From NCBI RefSeq assembly GCF_006345805.1, contig NC_042999.1:122884001-122948000 (forward strand): a stretch of 64,000 nucleotides of DNA, given 5' to 3'. Below, in pieces: positions 38,072 through 50,267 of this stretch; position 1 is the first letter of the stretch; every line of letters begins with the position of its first letter. This DNA is from Octopus sinensis. Lineage: Eukaryota. The notes under the pieces are model-generated. The model made no database searches and was not told where the DNA came from. It was given only the letters and a program-made list of their open reading frames with translations. A program made the translations under genes and the position numbers.

Positions 38072-38254
38072 CAGTTCTATATTTAAGAGATGAGGAATTA
38101 TGTACAGTATTTACATATGACGAATATTTGTCCTCATCTTGTTTGTTGTTAACACAACGTTTTGGCTGATATTACCGCCAGCCTTCATCAGGTGTCTTGG
38201 GGAAATTTCAAACCTGGGTTCTCATTCCTAAGGTTTTTTTTAATGTTGTTGTTG

Positions 38255-38306
<52 letters not shown>

Positions 38307-38388
38307 CATTATTCATGTCATGCCCTGGAATCGAACTCAGAATCTTGGAGTTAGTGACCCACACTCTTAACCACTATGCCATATGCCC
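38072..38388 (-). mobile_element. tRNA-headed SINE-like element with an (AAT)n linker and a hammerhead-containing 3' part
   Basis: A box TGGCATAGTGG (38381-38371), B box GAGTTCGATTCC (38338-38327), (AAT)n, then the HHR fold at 38196-38151. Confidence 0.7.
38151..38196 (-). ncRNA. Minimal type-I hammerhead (G12A in this copy)
   Basis: GACAC-CTGATGA-A-GGCTG-GCGGTAATAT-CAGCC-AAAA-CG-TT-GTGTT; palindromic stem III ACGT. Confidence 0.65.
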
Positions 38389-38425
38389 ACGGGCAACATT
38401 CTGAGTTTGATTTCAGGCAGTGACA

Positions 38426-38461
<36 letters not shown>

Positions 38462-38614
38462 TCAAAAATACTTTAGGAATGAGAACCCAGGTTCCAAATT
38501 TCCCCAAGACACCTGAAGATTAGAAAAAAGAAAGGAAAAAGAAAACAAATAAGCAAAAGCCATGTGTACACATACAACATACTATCTCACACACATGGAG
38601 GTTATATGTGTGCA

Positions 38615-38673
<59 letters not shown>

Positions 38674-39055
38674 TATATATATGTAAAATCATAGCTGGTG
38701 AAACATAGAAGGTGCCACTGTTGGTAGCACATAGAAGGCACCTGTGCCAGTGACACATAAAAGGTACCCATGCTGGTGACACATTAGAGGCACCAATGTC
38801 AGTGATGCATTAAAGGCACCTGGTATGCTCTGTGGAGTGGTTGGTTTCCATGGTGTCCAGACATAGAAACCAAGCCAAATCAAACTGGAGCCTGGTGCAT
38901 ACCAGTTCCAGTCAAACAGTCTAACCCATGGAAAATGGATGTTAACTCATGATGATGAGGATGATATAAATATATATATATATATATATATTTTGTACAT
39001 ATGCATATATATATATATACACACACACACACATACACACATATATATATATATA

Positions 39056-39651
39056 ACAGCCTCAAGAGTTTCAGACCCCACTTCTCTGATTTCTCTATTG
39101 ATGTTCTCCTTCAGTTGCATCAGGGTCTCTGGTTTGTTGATTTAAACTCTCTCTTTCAGGTATCCCCACAAGACAAAAAGTCTGGGGAATGTGAAGGCCA
39201 GTTGACATTGCCATAGAGGGAGATTATTCTCTCTCCAAAGCGCTACCTCGGCAACTACATTGTTTCTCTTGCAGTATGAGCAGTTGCCCCATTTTGCTAG
39301 AACCATGTGTGAGGTCTACTTTGAATGGCTGGGTGCAATAAGGTCTTAATCAACAAACCAGAGATCTTAGTACAACTGAAGAGGAACATTAATAGAGAAA
39401 TAGAGAAATCTGAAACTCTTGAAGGTGTTATGGTGCAAGGTTTGGAAAAAGCACAGCCATGCAAAGCCGAAAATGGCTGCCATGTAAGCGATGTCATTTT
39501 TCATATGTAACATAGTAGTGTTGCAAAATTTGACTTGTGCATATTAATTTCCATTATGTTCTTCATATTGTATCAAAATTTCATGCATTAATTTGTAAAG
39601 TTAAGGAAGATATTAAAAATTGAAACCCATCAGTGACTTTGAGACACCCTG
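39056..39651. mobile_element. Tc1/mariner-superfamily remnant with an internal inverted duplication
   Basis: Minus strand reads QQNGATAHTARETM..FGERIISLYGNVNWP. The right end is CACCCTG|TG/TA (TIR-like). 39330-39425 is the reverse complement of 39056-39135. Confidence 0.7.
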
Positions 39652-39667
39652 TGTATATATACATATA

Positions 39668-39703
<36 letters not shown>

Positions 39704-40309
39704 TATATATACATATGTATGTATTTATCTTATATACTTATATAAACACCAGATGGAGTACATTTTCCGTTGATCATTCTATCACAGGATAGTACGTTAC
39801 ACACACACATGTATATATGTGTGTGTGTACATAAATTAAACAATTGTTTTATAGACCAGTTTACTTGTGCTATTTTGGGGGTAAGGGAAGCAGTGTATAT
39901 CTTCTCTGAGGAACAGTCAACAAAGAGTGAAATAGTCCATCAAGAGAAGACTCCCTCTCTCTTCTTCCACCCGAACATAAATAGCATGAAAAGTATATTC
40001 ACATTCTTATTTAAACCACAGAAAGGAATTGTAATATTTAATTTTAGTTCAATCATTGTGATTCATGCATTGTTGTGCACAAAATAGATATTTTATTGCT
40101 TAATGTGTGCGTGTGTGCATGCATGTGTGTCACTGTCAGTGATGACCAAGGACAGGACACAGTGTGTCCAGCTGTGGACAATCAGTCTGATATGTACTCA
40201 GAAGGCTCTTCCCCAGGTCTGCATGGAATGAAGCAAGGAGTTAGCTCTAGACTTGCACATTTCATATTTTCTTTTTTTATGCACCCCCTGCAATTCTGTT
40301 CTGTTCATA

Positions 40310-40990
40310 GGAGGTAGCACTTTGGCTGGTGCAGTTTCACTAGTCCAAATATTCACAGCTGTCAGTAGGGGAGGGATATCTCAAAAGTCTTCAATGAGGC
40401 TTCGAGTGTGTCCTTGAAATGCTTTCTCTGTTGATCTTGTGTGCACTTGCCTTCTACCAGTTCACTGCAAAATAGTCTCTTGGGGAGTCATGTATCAGGT
40501 ATTCAAACAAGACAGCCTGCCCACCCGACTTGCTCTCTACTCAGCAGATCAAGCAAATGCTTGACAGATCAGATCAAGAGAGGACCTCTGTGTCTGGAAC
40601 CTTATCTGGCCAGGTGATATTCTACAGCTTTCTCAGGCAGTTCATGTGTTTTAGCTTTTTGACATGGTGCTCATAAACTGCCCCTGTTTCACAGACATAC
40701 AGTAGAGTAGGTAGCACAACTGCTTGGCACACCTTCAAATTAGTGGCCAGCCTAACATCTCCCCTCTCCCACAGTGATTCACATAACTATCTGAATGCTG
40801 AGCTTCCCTTGACAATGCACATGCCAACCTTATCATCAATGTTCACAGACCTGGAGAGTGTGCTGCTGAGGTACATGAACTTATCAACATCCTTCAACAG
40901 TGATAGCTGGTTCTGAGAATGGCTTGTGCATGGCAAATGTCCACTTTAGAGTTAACTCCTGCATGTTATGAGGCAATCACTATCAGTAGA
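40310..40990 (-). mobile_element. RTE (BovB-like) LINE remnant, RT C-terminal region
   Basis: GWAGCLV*IPDT*LPKRLFCSELVEGK..QRKHFKDTLEASLKTF. Confidence 0.8.
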
Positions 40991-41250
40991 AAATAACATC
41001 TTGTACTCTTTGTAAAGTGTTTGGCACACTTGTATGACAATGCCCTTTTGACTCCTGAAACCCTGTCACACTGCCCAACCTATGCCAGTATGTAGGGTGG
41101 ACATTGAAAGATGATATATATTCTTATTTTTGTGTCAGAACAATTTCAGAGATATTTTCTAAGTTAGAGTAGGGAACATTTGCATACAGCTTTTCCATTT
41201 TGATATAAATAATCCAACAAGATATCAAAAAGAATGTCTCCCACACACTG

Positions 41251-41301
<51 letters not shown>

Positions 41302-42059
41302 TGCATGGCCAATGAAGGAAAGAACATGGATGAAATAGAAATTTGTGTTTCGACATTATACAGTATAGAAGTGAAGGCAAATCGCATAAGAAAATGCATT
41401 TACTGAATTCCAATCAATGAAATTGAATATTTTTGTTTGTATTGAAAGAAAGGAAAAATGTTCAATAATCAGAAAATTAAGTACAGAAATATTTGATAAA
41501 ATACTGTATACAATTTTGCTTATGCAGTTCGTCTCATAGCCATGTAATACACCTAGCTTATTTGTTATGTTTGTCAACTAAGCTATATTTTAATGCCATT
41601 AATAAATTTTCCCCGTAAATCCAAAAATCAGTATAGCAAGTTTTAAGAATGTGGTATTTTGAGTTTTCAGCCTTACAAGTTTCCAGTATTCTGATTTTAT
41701 TGTTAATTAAATTTGGCTATCTTGCATTCAGCCTAATGAAATAATCATAGAGGGTTTCATGAGAACAAAGCAGTGACTCGTTTACAGATAAGAAGAGGAG
41801 ATAATTTCTGAAAGACAATTTGTCAGATGGTAGCAGCAAGCTGAACATGTTTCTGCCTCAGTAGGTATCAACAGTACAGCCACTGTCCTTCTTTAACAGC
41901 AGTAGAGAAGGTACTTATATGTACACTCAAACGAGTGTGTATATAAGTCTGTATATATATATATGCTTGTATGAGTGTGTGGGTGTCTAGCATATATGTA
42001 AATAATATCTTTCATCTTTTTGTTGTTTCAGTCATTAGAATGTGGCCCTGATTGGGATA

Positions 42060-43400
42060 TGTATCTGTCAGAGCAATCCTTCCTGCAAATAACACTGTAA
42101 ATAGTCTTTACAATTATATCATGCCTTAGGGACAGATACATTTTGGTGCAGCTGCTGATGTTATCTTCTGCACTAGTATAGCAAAACCAACATTTTTTAT
42201 CACAACATGGAAGTTTGGTGGTATCTTTGTCCCTTTTATTTATCAGGAATTTAGTAACTATCTGCTGTAATGTATCTGCTGCAGATCCAGGAAAGGCTAC
42301 CCTTCCTGTTGATACTGTTGACCTCCTCTAGTTTATGAATTGTGTACCCATACATTGTTTTATGCTAGTATGATTGCGCTTCTCCTCCAAGCTTCTGTTT
42401 AGGTAGGCCAGTCCAGCCTCCTTTGGGTTACATGAGACAGTTGTACTCTCAGGGTGTCTGGTCAGGAATACTTTCCCTACTCTGAAGATGTTGCTCTCAC
42501 ATTTTCATATGCATATAATGTAGTCATTTATTTCTTTAAAGTATGTTCAGTAGGTGTTGTCTGTGTGATACAATGCATCATTCAAAGGCTGTTTGGACTG
42601 ACCTTATACCTCAACCACCATCTCTTCATCTCATATCGGATCGATGTTGATGTTGCTTTTGATGTGGAATATGCCAGTGGTGGTCAGTACTTTTCTAATT
42701 GTGATGTCCAGCTTTTGGATCTTGTCAAGTGTCCAGACTAATATACCAATGTTGGTACTAGTACTGCAACTGCAAAAGCATTGTGAGATGTGGTCTTTTA
42801 CTTGCACACAGTTCTGAGTTTCATATTTTCCAGATTCTGCAGAAGGATTCTTTTGTTATTCTGACTTTAGTCACAACTCCAATGTGTGCAAAATTCTCAT
42901 CAGTTCTGAAATACTTGTAGTTTCCATTATTAGAGATAGGGGAGATAGACAAGCCATTGATGCTTATGTTCTCTGCCTGGTCAACAATCCTTCCATGGTC
43001 GACTATCATGCATGAACATTTATCTTGTGAAACCCCATTGTATGTATGTATGTGTGTATGTGTGTGTGTGTGCAGATTTGTATGTTTTACTTTATGTATG
43101 TAGTCTCATGCATATAGTTGCATAACTAGACATGCTCATATATAGTTAAATAAACTTTTGGAAAGTTTTACAGATTTTTACTGTTCCAGTGATGGTTGGA
43201 TCTGTAGTCTTCGAATTAGCTTTCTCCTTTCTGGTTTTGAGAAGCCAAATTTCTTAAGATTGGTATTTAGGCAGTGTGTTACATATCCCAGGGCTCCAAT
43301 AATTACAGGTATAAACCCGAACTTATAATCTGGATAGAGTAACTGCAGATTCCTCAATAGTTCAGCGTTAGGTATTCTCTTTTTCACTGATCTTCAAATT
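42060..43400 (-). mobile_element. R4/Dong-like (RLE) non-LTR retrotransposon fragments, rearranged
   Basis: NYKYFRTDE..RIWK..SEL..HNAFAVAVL (RT C-terminus), a C..C..NISSC..Y.RHD zinc-knuckle-like segment at ~42100-42220, and LLRNLQLLYPDYKFGFIPVIIGALG (RLE C-terminus) at 43178-43387. Confidence 0.72.
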
Positions 43401-43554
43401 TATGTTAACATCTGCAGGGCAGCTGATTTCCCCAATTGTACACAGTTTCTCTTCTCTATCCCAAATCATTATATCAAGTCTGTTGTGTTTACATTTTATT
43501 GAAATCTTCACTGGGACATTTCACCAGTATTCCTTTTTATTATGAGTGGCTATT

Positions 43555-43621
43555 GTTTGTATGTATGTATGTATGTGTATGTATGTATGTATGTATGTAT
43601 GTATGTATGTATGTATGTATG

Positions 43622-43660
<39 letters not shown>

Positions 43661-43820
43661 ATGTATGCATGTATGTTTGTATGCGTGTATGTATGTATGT
43701 ATGTATGCATGTATGTATGTATGCATGCATGTATGTATGCATGCATGTATGTATGCATGCATGTATACATGTATGTACATACGTATGTATGTATACATGT
43801 GTGTATGTGTGTGTGTATGT
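43555..43820 (+). repeat. (TATG)n/(TG)n compound microsatellite
   Basis: Directly visible; explains the stacked VCMY/HTYI pseudo-ORFs. Confidence 0.95.
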
Positions 43821-44133
43821 CTATATAAATAATGCAATCAAGTGACAGAATCAGTAAAGGTGTGGCATTATTGGTTCTAGTTCTTATGAACCAGAGCCAA
43901 CTTTTCCTTTTATTCTCTCGGGATGAATTAATGTAGCAATCCACTACAATGCAGTCCTTTCTCCATGCAGCTTTCACATGTTGGACACTATTTGATCAGA
44001 AATAGTAGAGCTGATTGGATGTCTGTCTCATCATATCAAAATGGGCACCAAAAGCCAGTGGTGAAAATAAAATATATACTGATTCTTTGCCATCATCAGT
44101 TGCATGTGACATGTTCAGTTTATTCATTCACAA

Positions 44134-44164
<31 letters not shown>

Positions 44165-44539
44165 CATACACACACACACAAGCATGCATGCACACACACG
44201 TAGCTGCTAATCTCCAGATGATTTGGATTTGTGCCCTAGTTTTGATTCCCTTCTGTAGCTCCTTCACATGCTCTTTTAATGCCTTTTTAAGCTCATAAAC
44301 TCCATAACTCTTGCTAAGCCTTCGCCACCATCACTTCATTGAACACAATAAGCTTGATTATGCATTCAAGGATACCTTCAATATTGAAAGGTCATGTAAT
44401 TAACTAGCTCCATTAATGCATCAGCACATTATTTATCCTTTACTATGCCACACACATGCACACACAAATAGTTTTCTGTTTTAATGTAAAATGGGTTTTG
44501 GTTTAAATTATTCTGGTGTTCTATGTATAAAGCATTATA

Positions 44540-45430
44540 CAACAGTCGGCTGAAAAGTTCATAGGCTGACCGAGATACACTGGATGGAATGTGACCAAAT
44601 GAGGTTTATTTTTCAATATAGTCCCCCTTGTTGCCCACACTTTTTCCATCAGTGTTGTAGTACTTGGATCTGATTGGTGGATAAGATTTCATGCTAATGG
44701 TCAAAAATGTCAGCCACAGTAGATATGAAACCATCATCACTGCAATACTGGTTCCCAGCCAAGTATATTTTCATCTTTGTGGAACAGGTGATAGTCAGAT
44801 GGATCCAAATCAGGTGAACAAGGGAGTGATCAACCAGTATAAAGCCACAGTCACAATGGCAAATTTTGCCCATTTTCAAGAGAAGCCACTACTCTTTTTT
44901 TGCTCTTTTCTCTTTTACTTGTTTCAGTCATTTGACTGCGGCCATGCTGGAGCACCACCTTTAGTCTAAGAAATCAACCCCAGGACTTATTCTTTGTTAG
45001 CGTAGTACTTATTCTATCAGTCTCTTTTGCTGAACCACTAAGTTACGGGGATGTAAACACACCAGCATCGGTTGTCAAGCAATGTTGTGGGGACAAACAC
45101 ATACACACCTACACGACGGGCTTCTTTCAGTGTCCATCTACCAAATCCACTCACAAGGCTTTGGTTGGCCCGAGGCTATAGTAAAAGACACTTTCCCAAG
45201 GTGCCATGCAGTGGGACTGAACCTGGAACCATGTGGTTGGTAAGCAAGCTACTTACCACACAGCCACTCCTACTAGTTAGTTATGAAGTGATTTTTGAAT
45301 AGATGTCAGTTTACCCGGAGAGAAACAGTGCAGTTATTAATAAGAAAATTTGAAATTAATATATGCAAAATTTCACAGCTCTAGCATCACTCCTTCGTAG
45401 TCAGCCTAAGAACTTTTCAGCCCACCCTCG
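44540..45430. mobile_element. Internally deleted mariner with TIRs, interrupted by a family A SINE (44893-45272, minus)
   Basis: TA|CAACAGTCGGCTGAAAAGTTCATAGGCTGAC ... GTCAGCCTAAGAACTTTTCAGCCCACCCTCG|TA. A related TIR fragment lies at ~52600-52645. Confidence 0.8.
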
Positions 45431-45706
45431 TAAAATATTTTTGATGAATTGTAATAAAACTTGTGATTGATCTCGAAAAGGAAAATATTGTAAAGGCGTG
45501 AACTGATTGAATACTTGATGTACGAGTGAGATATACGTGGTGAAGGCAATCACAGCATTTAATCAAAGTAAGATAGATATGTCATGGCAAAGTAATGATG
45601 AAGTAAGTATTGGGTTATTGATGAAACAGTGATGACAGTAGTTAAAGGAATTGCCAGATAGAAATTGAAAATGAATTGCCATTTCAGAATAGGGGAAGTT
45701 GATGGG

Positions 45707-45707
45707 T

Positions 45708-45764
<57 letters not shown>

Positions 45765-46073
45765 TTTTTATTTCTTTCTTTCTTTCTTTCTTTCTTTATT
45801 TCTTTCTTTCTTTCTTCTTCTTTCTTTCTTTCTTCTCTTTCTTTCTTTCTTCTTCTTTCTTTCTTCTTTCTTTCTTTCTTTCTTTCTTCTTTCTTTCTTT
45901 CTTTCTTCTTTCTTTCTTTCTTCTTTCTTCTTTCTTTCTTTCCTTCCTTCCTTCCTTCCTTCCTCCTTCCTTCCTTCCTCCTTCCTTCCTTCTTCCTTCC
46001 TTCCTTCCTTCCTTCTTTCTTCTTCCTTCCTTCCTTCCTTCCTTCCTTCCTTCCTTCCTTCCTTTCTTTCCTC

Positions 46074-46112
<39 letters not shown>
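45707..46112 (+). repeat. ~400-bp polypyrimidine tract, (CTTT)n/(CTT)n/(CCTT)n
   Basis: Directly visible, essentially free of purines on the plus strand. Confidence 0.97.
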
Positions 46113-46399
46113 GTGTTGGTGGTGGTGAATAATCATGTCTTAACAATAAAATGAGAAATTTATGGGAGAATGTGATTTGAAGAATATTTGTGACATATGT
46201 GAGATTTAGAGAAAGGTTAAAAAATAAACAACCTCACTTGGTTTAGAAACTGAAATAACTTTGGTCAAGCATTGTGCCTTGAATTAGAATGATAAGAAAT
46301 AAAGGTAAGGTAGAGTTACCAAAAGTGGATTGTTTTGAAACTGTTTCAGCCTACAAAAATTTCCTTCTGTTTCTTTATTTAATTGTTGTTCACTATTCT

Positions 46400-46840
46400 A
46401 AGGTGGCGAGTTGGCAGAAACGTTAGCAGGCCAGGCGAAATGCTTAACGGTATTTCGTCTGCCGCTACGTTCTGAGTTCAAATTCCACCAAGGTCGACTT
46501 AGCCTTTCATCCTTTCAGGGTTGATTAAATAAGAACCAGTTATGCACTGGGGTCGATATAATCGACTTAATCTGTTTGTCTGTCCTTGATTGTCCTCTCT
46601 GTGTTTAGCCCCTTGTGGGTAGTAAAGAAATAGGTATTTTGTCTGTCTTTACATTCTGAGTTCAAATACCGCCAAAGTCGACTTTGCCTTTCATTCTTCA
46701 AGGTCGATTAGATAAGTACCAGTTGCTTTCATCCTTTCAGAGGGTGGGGGTGATAAATTAAGCACCAGTTGTGTACTGGGGTCGATCTAATCAACTGGCT
46801 CCCTCCCCCAAAATTTCAGACCTTGTGCCCAGAGTAGATT
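46400..46840 (+). mobile_element. Family B SINE followed by partial tandem re-duplications
   Basis: Complete copy to ~46636, then two partial repeats of the central domain. Confidence 0.8.
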
Positions 46841-46869
46841 TTTAAATATTAATTTGGAAGTTATCATTT

Positions 46870-47057
46870 ATTTGTTTTACTCATTAGGTTGTGGTCATGC
46901 TGTGGCACCACCTTGAAGAGTTTTTAGTTGAACAAATTGACTTCTTTACTTTCTTATATTAAGCCTGATATTTATTCTATTGGTCTCTTTTCCTGAGCTG
47001 CAAAATTATGGGAACATAAATACACCAACACTAGTTGTCAAGCAGTGGTCACACACA

Positions 47058-47133
<76 letters not shown>

Positions 47134-47297
47134 ATATACGATGGGCTTTTTATCAGTTTCTGTCAACCAAATCCACTCAGAAGGCTTTGGTTGGCTCAAG
47201 ACTATTAGAGAAGAAATTTGCCCAAGTTGCCTCACAGTGGGACTGAACCAGAGACCATGTGGTTGGGAAGCAAGCTGCTTACCACTTAGCCATTCCT
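46870..47297 (-). mobile_element. Family A SINE with internal (CA)n
   Basis: Shared family A motifs in reverse complement. Confidence 0.8.
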
Positions 47298-47611
47298 CCA
47301 CCAATATTCAACAATTTGAACAAAAACATAGAGTTTTTTTTTCCTTCATTAAGTTGAATATAACTGAAATATTCATTGGTTAGCTTCTTACATTGAAAAT
47401 AAACAAAGCCTGAAGCAATAATAAAGATAATCACAGGTATAGCTAAGTGGCCCAGAGGCTTACTTCTTTATCACATGGTTTTTGGTTCAATGTCCCATTG
47501 CATGGCACTTTGGGCAAGTTGCATAAGTGTCTTCTAATATAACCCTTGGGTCAACCAAAGGATTGTATGTGGTATATGCAAAAACTGAGAGACACTAGTT
47601 GTATGTATATA

Positions 47612-47674
<63 letters not shown>

Positions 47675-47681
47675 GTGTATG

Positions 47682-47712
<31 letters not shown>

Positions 47713-47778
47713 ATTTAAGTAGGTGAATGACATCTTCGTTCGACTCCATTCTTTCATTTATTTATATATATATGTATG

Positions 47779-47818
<40 letters not shown>

Positions 47819-48085
47819 CATGTGTGTATATATATATATACATACATACATAAATAAATATAAGATCCAAGGATCAAGGTGTAGAAGCAAGTTAGCTTCA
47901 AGCAATCTGTCGAAAGTATAAAAAGCAACTTTCAGAGACAATAGTGGTTTATTGAGATGGAAGGTTGCTGGGTTTTTTTTTTTATCAAAGTATGATAAAT
48001 TGAAAAAAGTTCTTCACAGTAGACAACCAGGGTTGCTAGGCATGTGAATAAGAATTACAAGAGTTAAGAAATGGTGCTGATAAAA

Positions 48086-48345
48086 CTTTGGCTACATATG
48101 TTTCATAGCAAGCAGAACTTCAGAAGTGCTAAATATCCAAGTGAGGTGCATACCGCAGGCTACTCTTCAGGCTAAGGACATCTTCTGATTAAATCTTCCA
48201 TGTGTTAACATGTATCTCCTTGCGACAATGTAAACTTTCATTTTATCAATATATCCTTGGCCTGAAGAGTAGACTGTGGTATGCCTCTCACTAGGATATT
48301 TACCACTTCTGGGGTTCCACTTGCTATGAAATATATGTTGCCTGG
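48086..48345. ncRNA. Diverged inverted repeat with a type-I hammerhead fold in each arm, facing outward
   Basis: Minus arm: CCTTAGC-CTGAAGA-GTAGC..GCTAT-GAAA-CATATG-TA-GCCAAAG. Plus arm: CCTTGGC-CTGAAGA-GTAGA..GCTAT-GAAA-TATATG-TT-GCCTGG. Confidence 0.62.
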
Positions 48346-49072
48346 ATCTTATCTACTGCTTTCTTTAATTCTTGTGTGTGTGTGTGTGTATGTGTGTGTG
48401 TATGTATGTATGTATGTATGTGTGTGTGTATATATATATATATAATATATATATATCTCCTATCACCTATACCACTAGCTGCAATATACAGGTGCTTACA
48501 TTTATCAAGTATTCACCCTGAATTTATTGTATCTAACTATATATATATATATATACATATCTGTAAATATAAAATGTGACATTTATTCGGTAGGCATGAT
48601 AAAACTCTGTTCATGCACCTTTTTTGTATACATGTGTGTGTGTGCAAGTGGGTATGTATATATTTTTTGGCAAATGCATGGGTGAGCATGTGTGTGTTTC
48701 AAGTGAGGGTGGATGAGTATATACTTATGGGCACATATACATGGGTGTGCAGGCGGGCGTGCATGTATAGGTATGGACATGTGTGCTTACACGAATACTA
48801 TGAACATTTTTACTCCCTCACCTTTACTGCTTCCCCTCACTTAGCCATCATTCCAGTAGCTCTTTTGTCTGAATAGTGGTCAATCACACAATAATTTCCC
48901 TTTGTTTAATGGTCATTTTCATAGCATTTTTTTCGATGGCCTGATAACTGAAGAGATAGCAGCATGGGTTTCTGCCCCGACATCCAAAACTCAGAGTTTT
49001 ATCATGGCTGCCGAATAATTGTCACATATTACATTTACAGATAAATTCCTCTACTTACAGAATATATATAAA

Positions 49073-49098
<26 letters not shown>

Positions 49099-49103
<5 letters not shown>

Positions 49104-49342
49104 GCACCCACTACACACTCAGAGTGGTTGGTGTTAGGAGGGGCATCCAGCTGTAGAAACATTGCCAGATCAGATTAGCATCTGGTATGGCCTCCTGGCT
49201 TGCCAGTCTCCAGTCAAACCGTCCAACCCATGCCAGCATGGAAAATGGACATTATACAATGATGATGGAGATGATGATGAAATATATATATGTATATATA
49301 TATATATTATTTATGTATATATATATATATATTTATGTATGT

Positions 49343-49374
<32 letters not shown>

Positions 49375-49623
49375 AATACATAAATATATATATATATATA
49401 TACATAAATAATATATATATATAACATATTATATATATATTTCATCATCATCTCCATCATCATTGTATAATGTCCATTTTCCATGCTGGCATGGGTTGGA
49501 CGGTTTGACTGGAGACTGGTAAGCCAGGAGGCCATACCAGATGCTAATCTGATCTGGCAATGTTTCTACAGCTGGATGCCCCTCCTAACACCAACCACTC
49601 TGAGTGTGTAGTGGGTGCTTTTT
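49099..49623. repeat. ~525-bp near-perfect palindrome made of an RTE tail and its inverted copy around a (TA)n core
   Basis: 49099-49280 versus 49441-49623 differ at one position (49202/49520); the AT-rich centre is also mirrored. Confidence 0.95.
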
Positions 49624-49783
49624 ATGTGCCACTGGCATGGGAGCCAGTCATGCGGCACTAGTATTGGCCACAACTACAAATTCCATTTACTTGTGATTTG
49701 ATTTTTGATTTTGATTTCAATATGTATATATATATATATATATATATTTCAGATCACAGTGTTTGAATGTTTCGCTTATATAA

Positions 49784-49829
<46 letters not shown>

Positions 49830-50267
49830 ACAAAATGAACTTTCAAGGTACTGCACAAGTGAAAATATATAGGAAAGAGGGTTTTTTAACCCTTTAACAT
49901 TCAGATTATTCTGTCAAATGTAAAGCTTATGCATTCACACCATGTAAAATTAATCTTGCATCATCATGGCTTTGAGATTTCAATGATGTGATTGTTTATT
50001 TTTAAAATGACACAATAAGGTAGCTATGAATGACCATATCTGACTAGTTTGAACATAAAATAGGTAAAATATTTTGGCTGGATGTGGCCGGTTAAAACAC
50101 TAAAGGGTTAAAGATGTTTATTGACTTGACCAGTTTCACTTTTTTAAAAAAAGATTATCAAAAGTAAAATGTAAAGCTTTGTTGTGTTAAAAAATGGTTA
50201 TCATAGTTATATTAAAATACAGTTATACAGTCTTTAATAAGTATAAGAAAATGTTAAAAAACAGATT

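Noticed and set aside
38325-38388. Functional tRNA gene
   Set aside because: A and B boxes are present but no complete acceptor stem; it is a SINE-type head. The same holds for the heads of families A, B and the 56963 element.
43436-43977. Stacked 73-145-aa ORFs in several frames
   Set aside because: Translations of the (TATG)n/(TG)n microsatellite; the same applies to YI/VC/HT-rich ORFs across the window.
45665-46154. 151-155-aa F/L/S-rich and K/E/R-rich ORFs
   Set aside because: Translations of the (CTTT)n tract.
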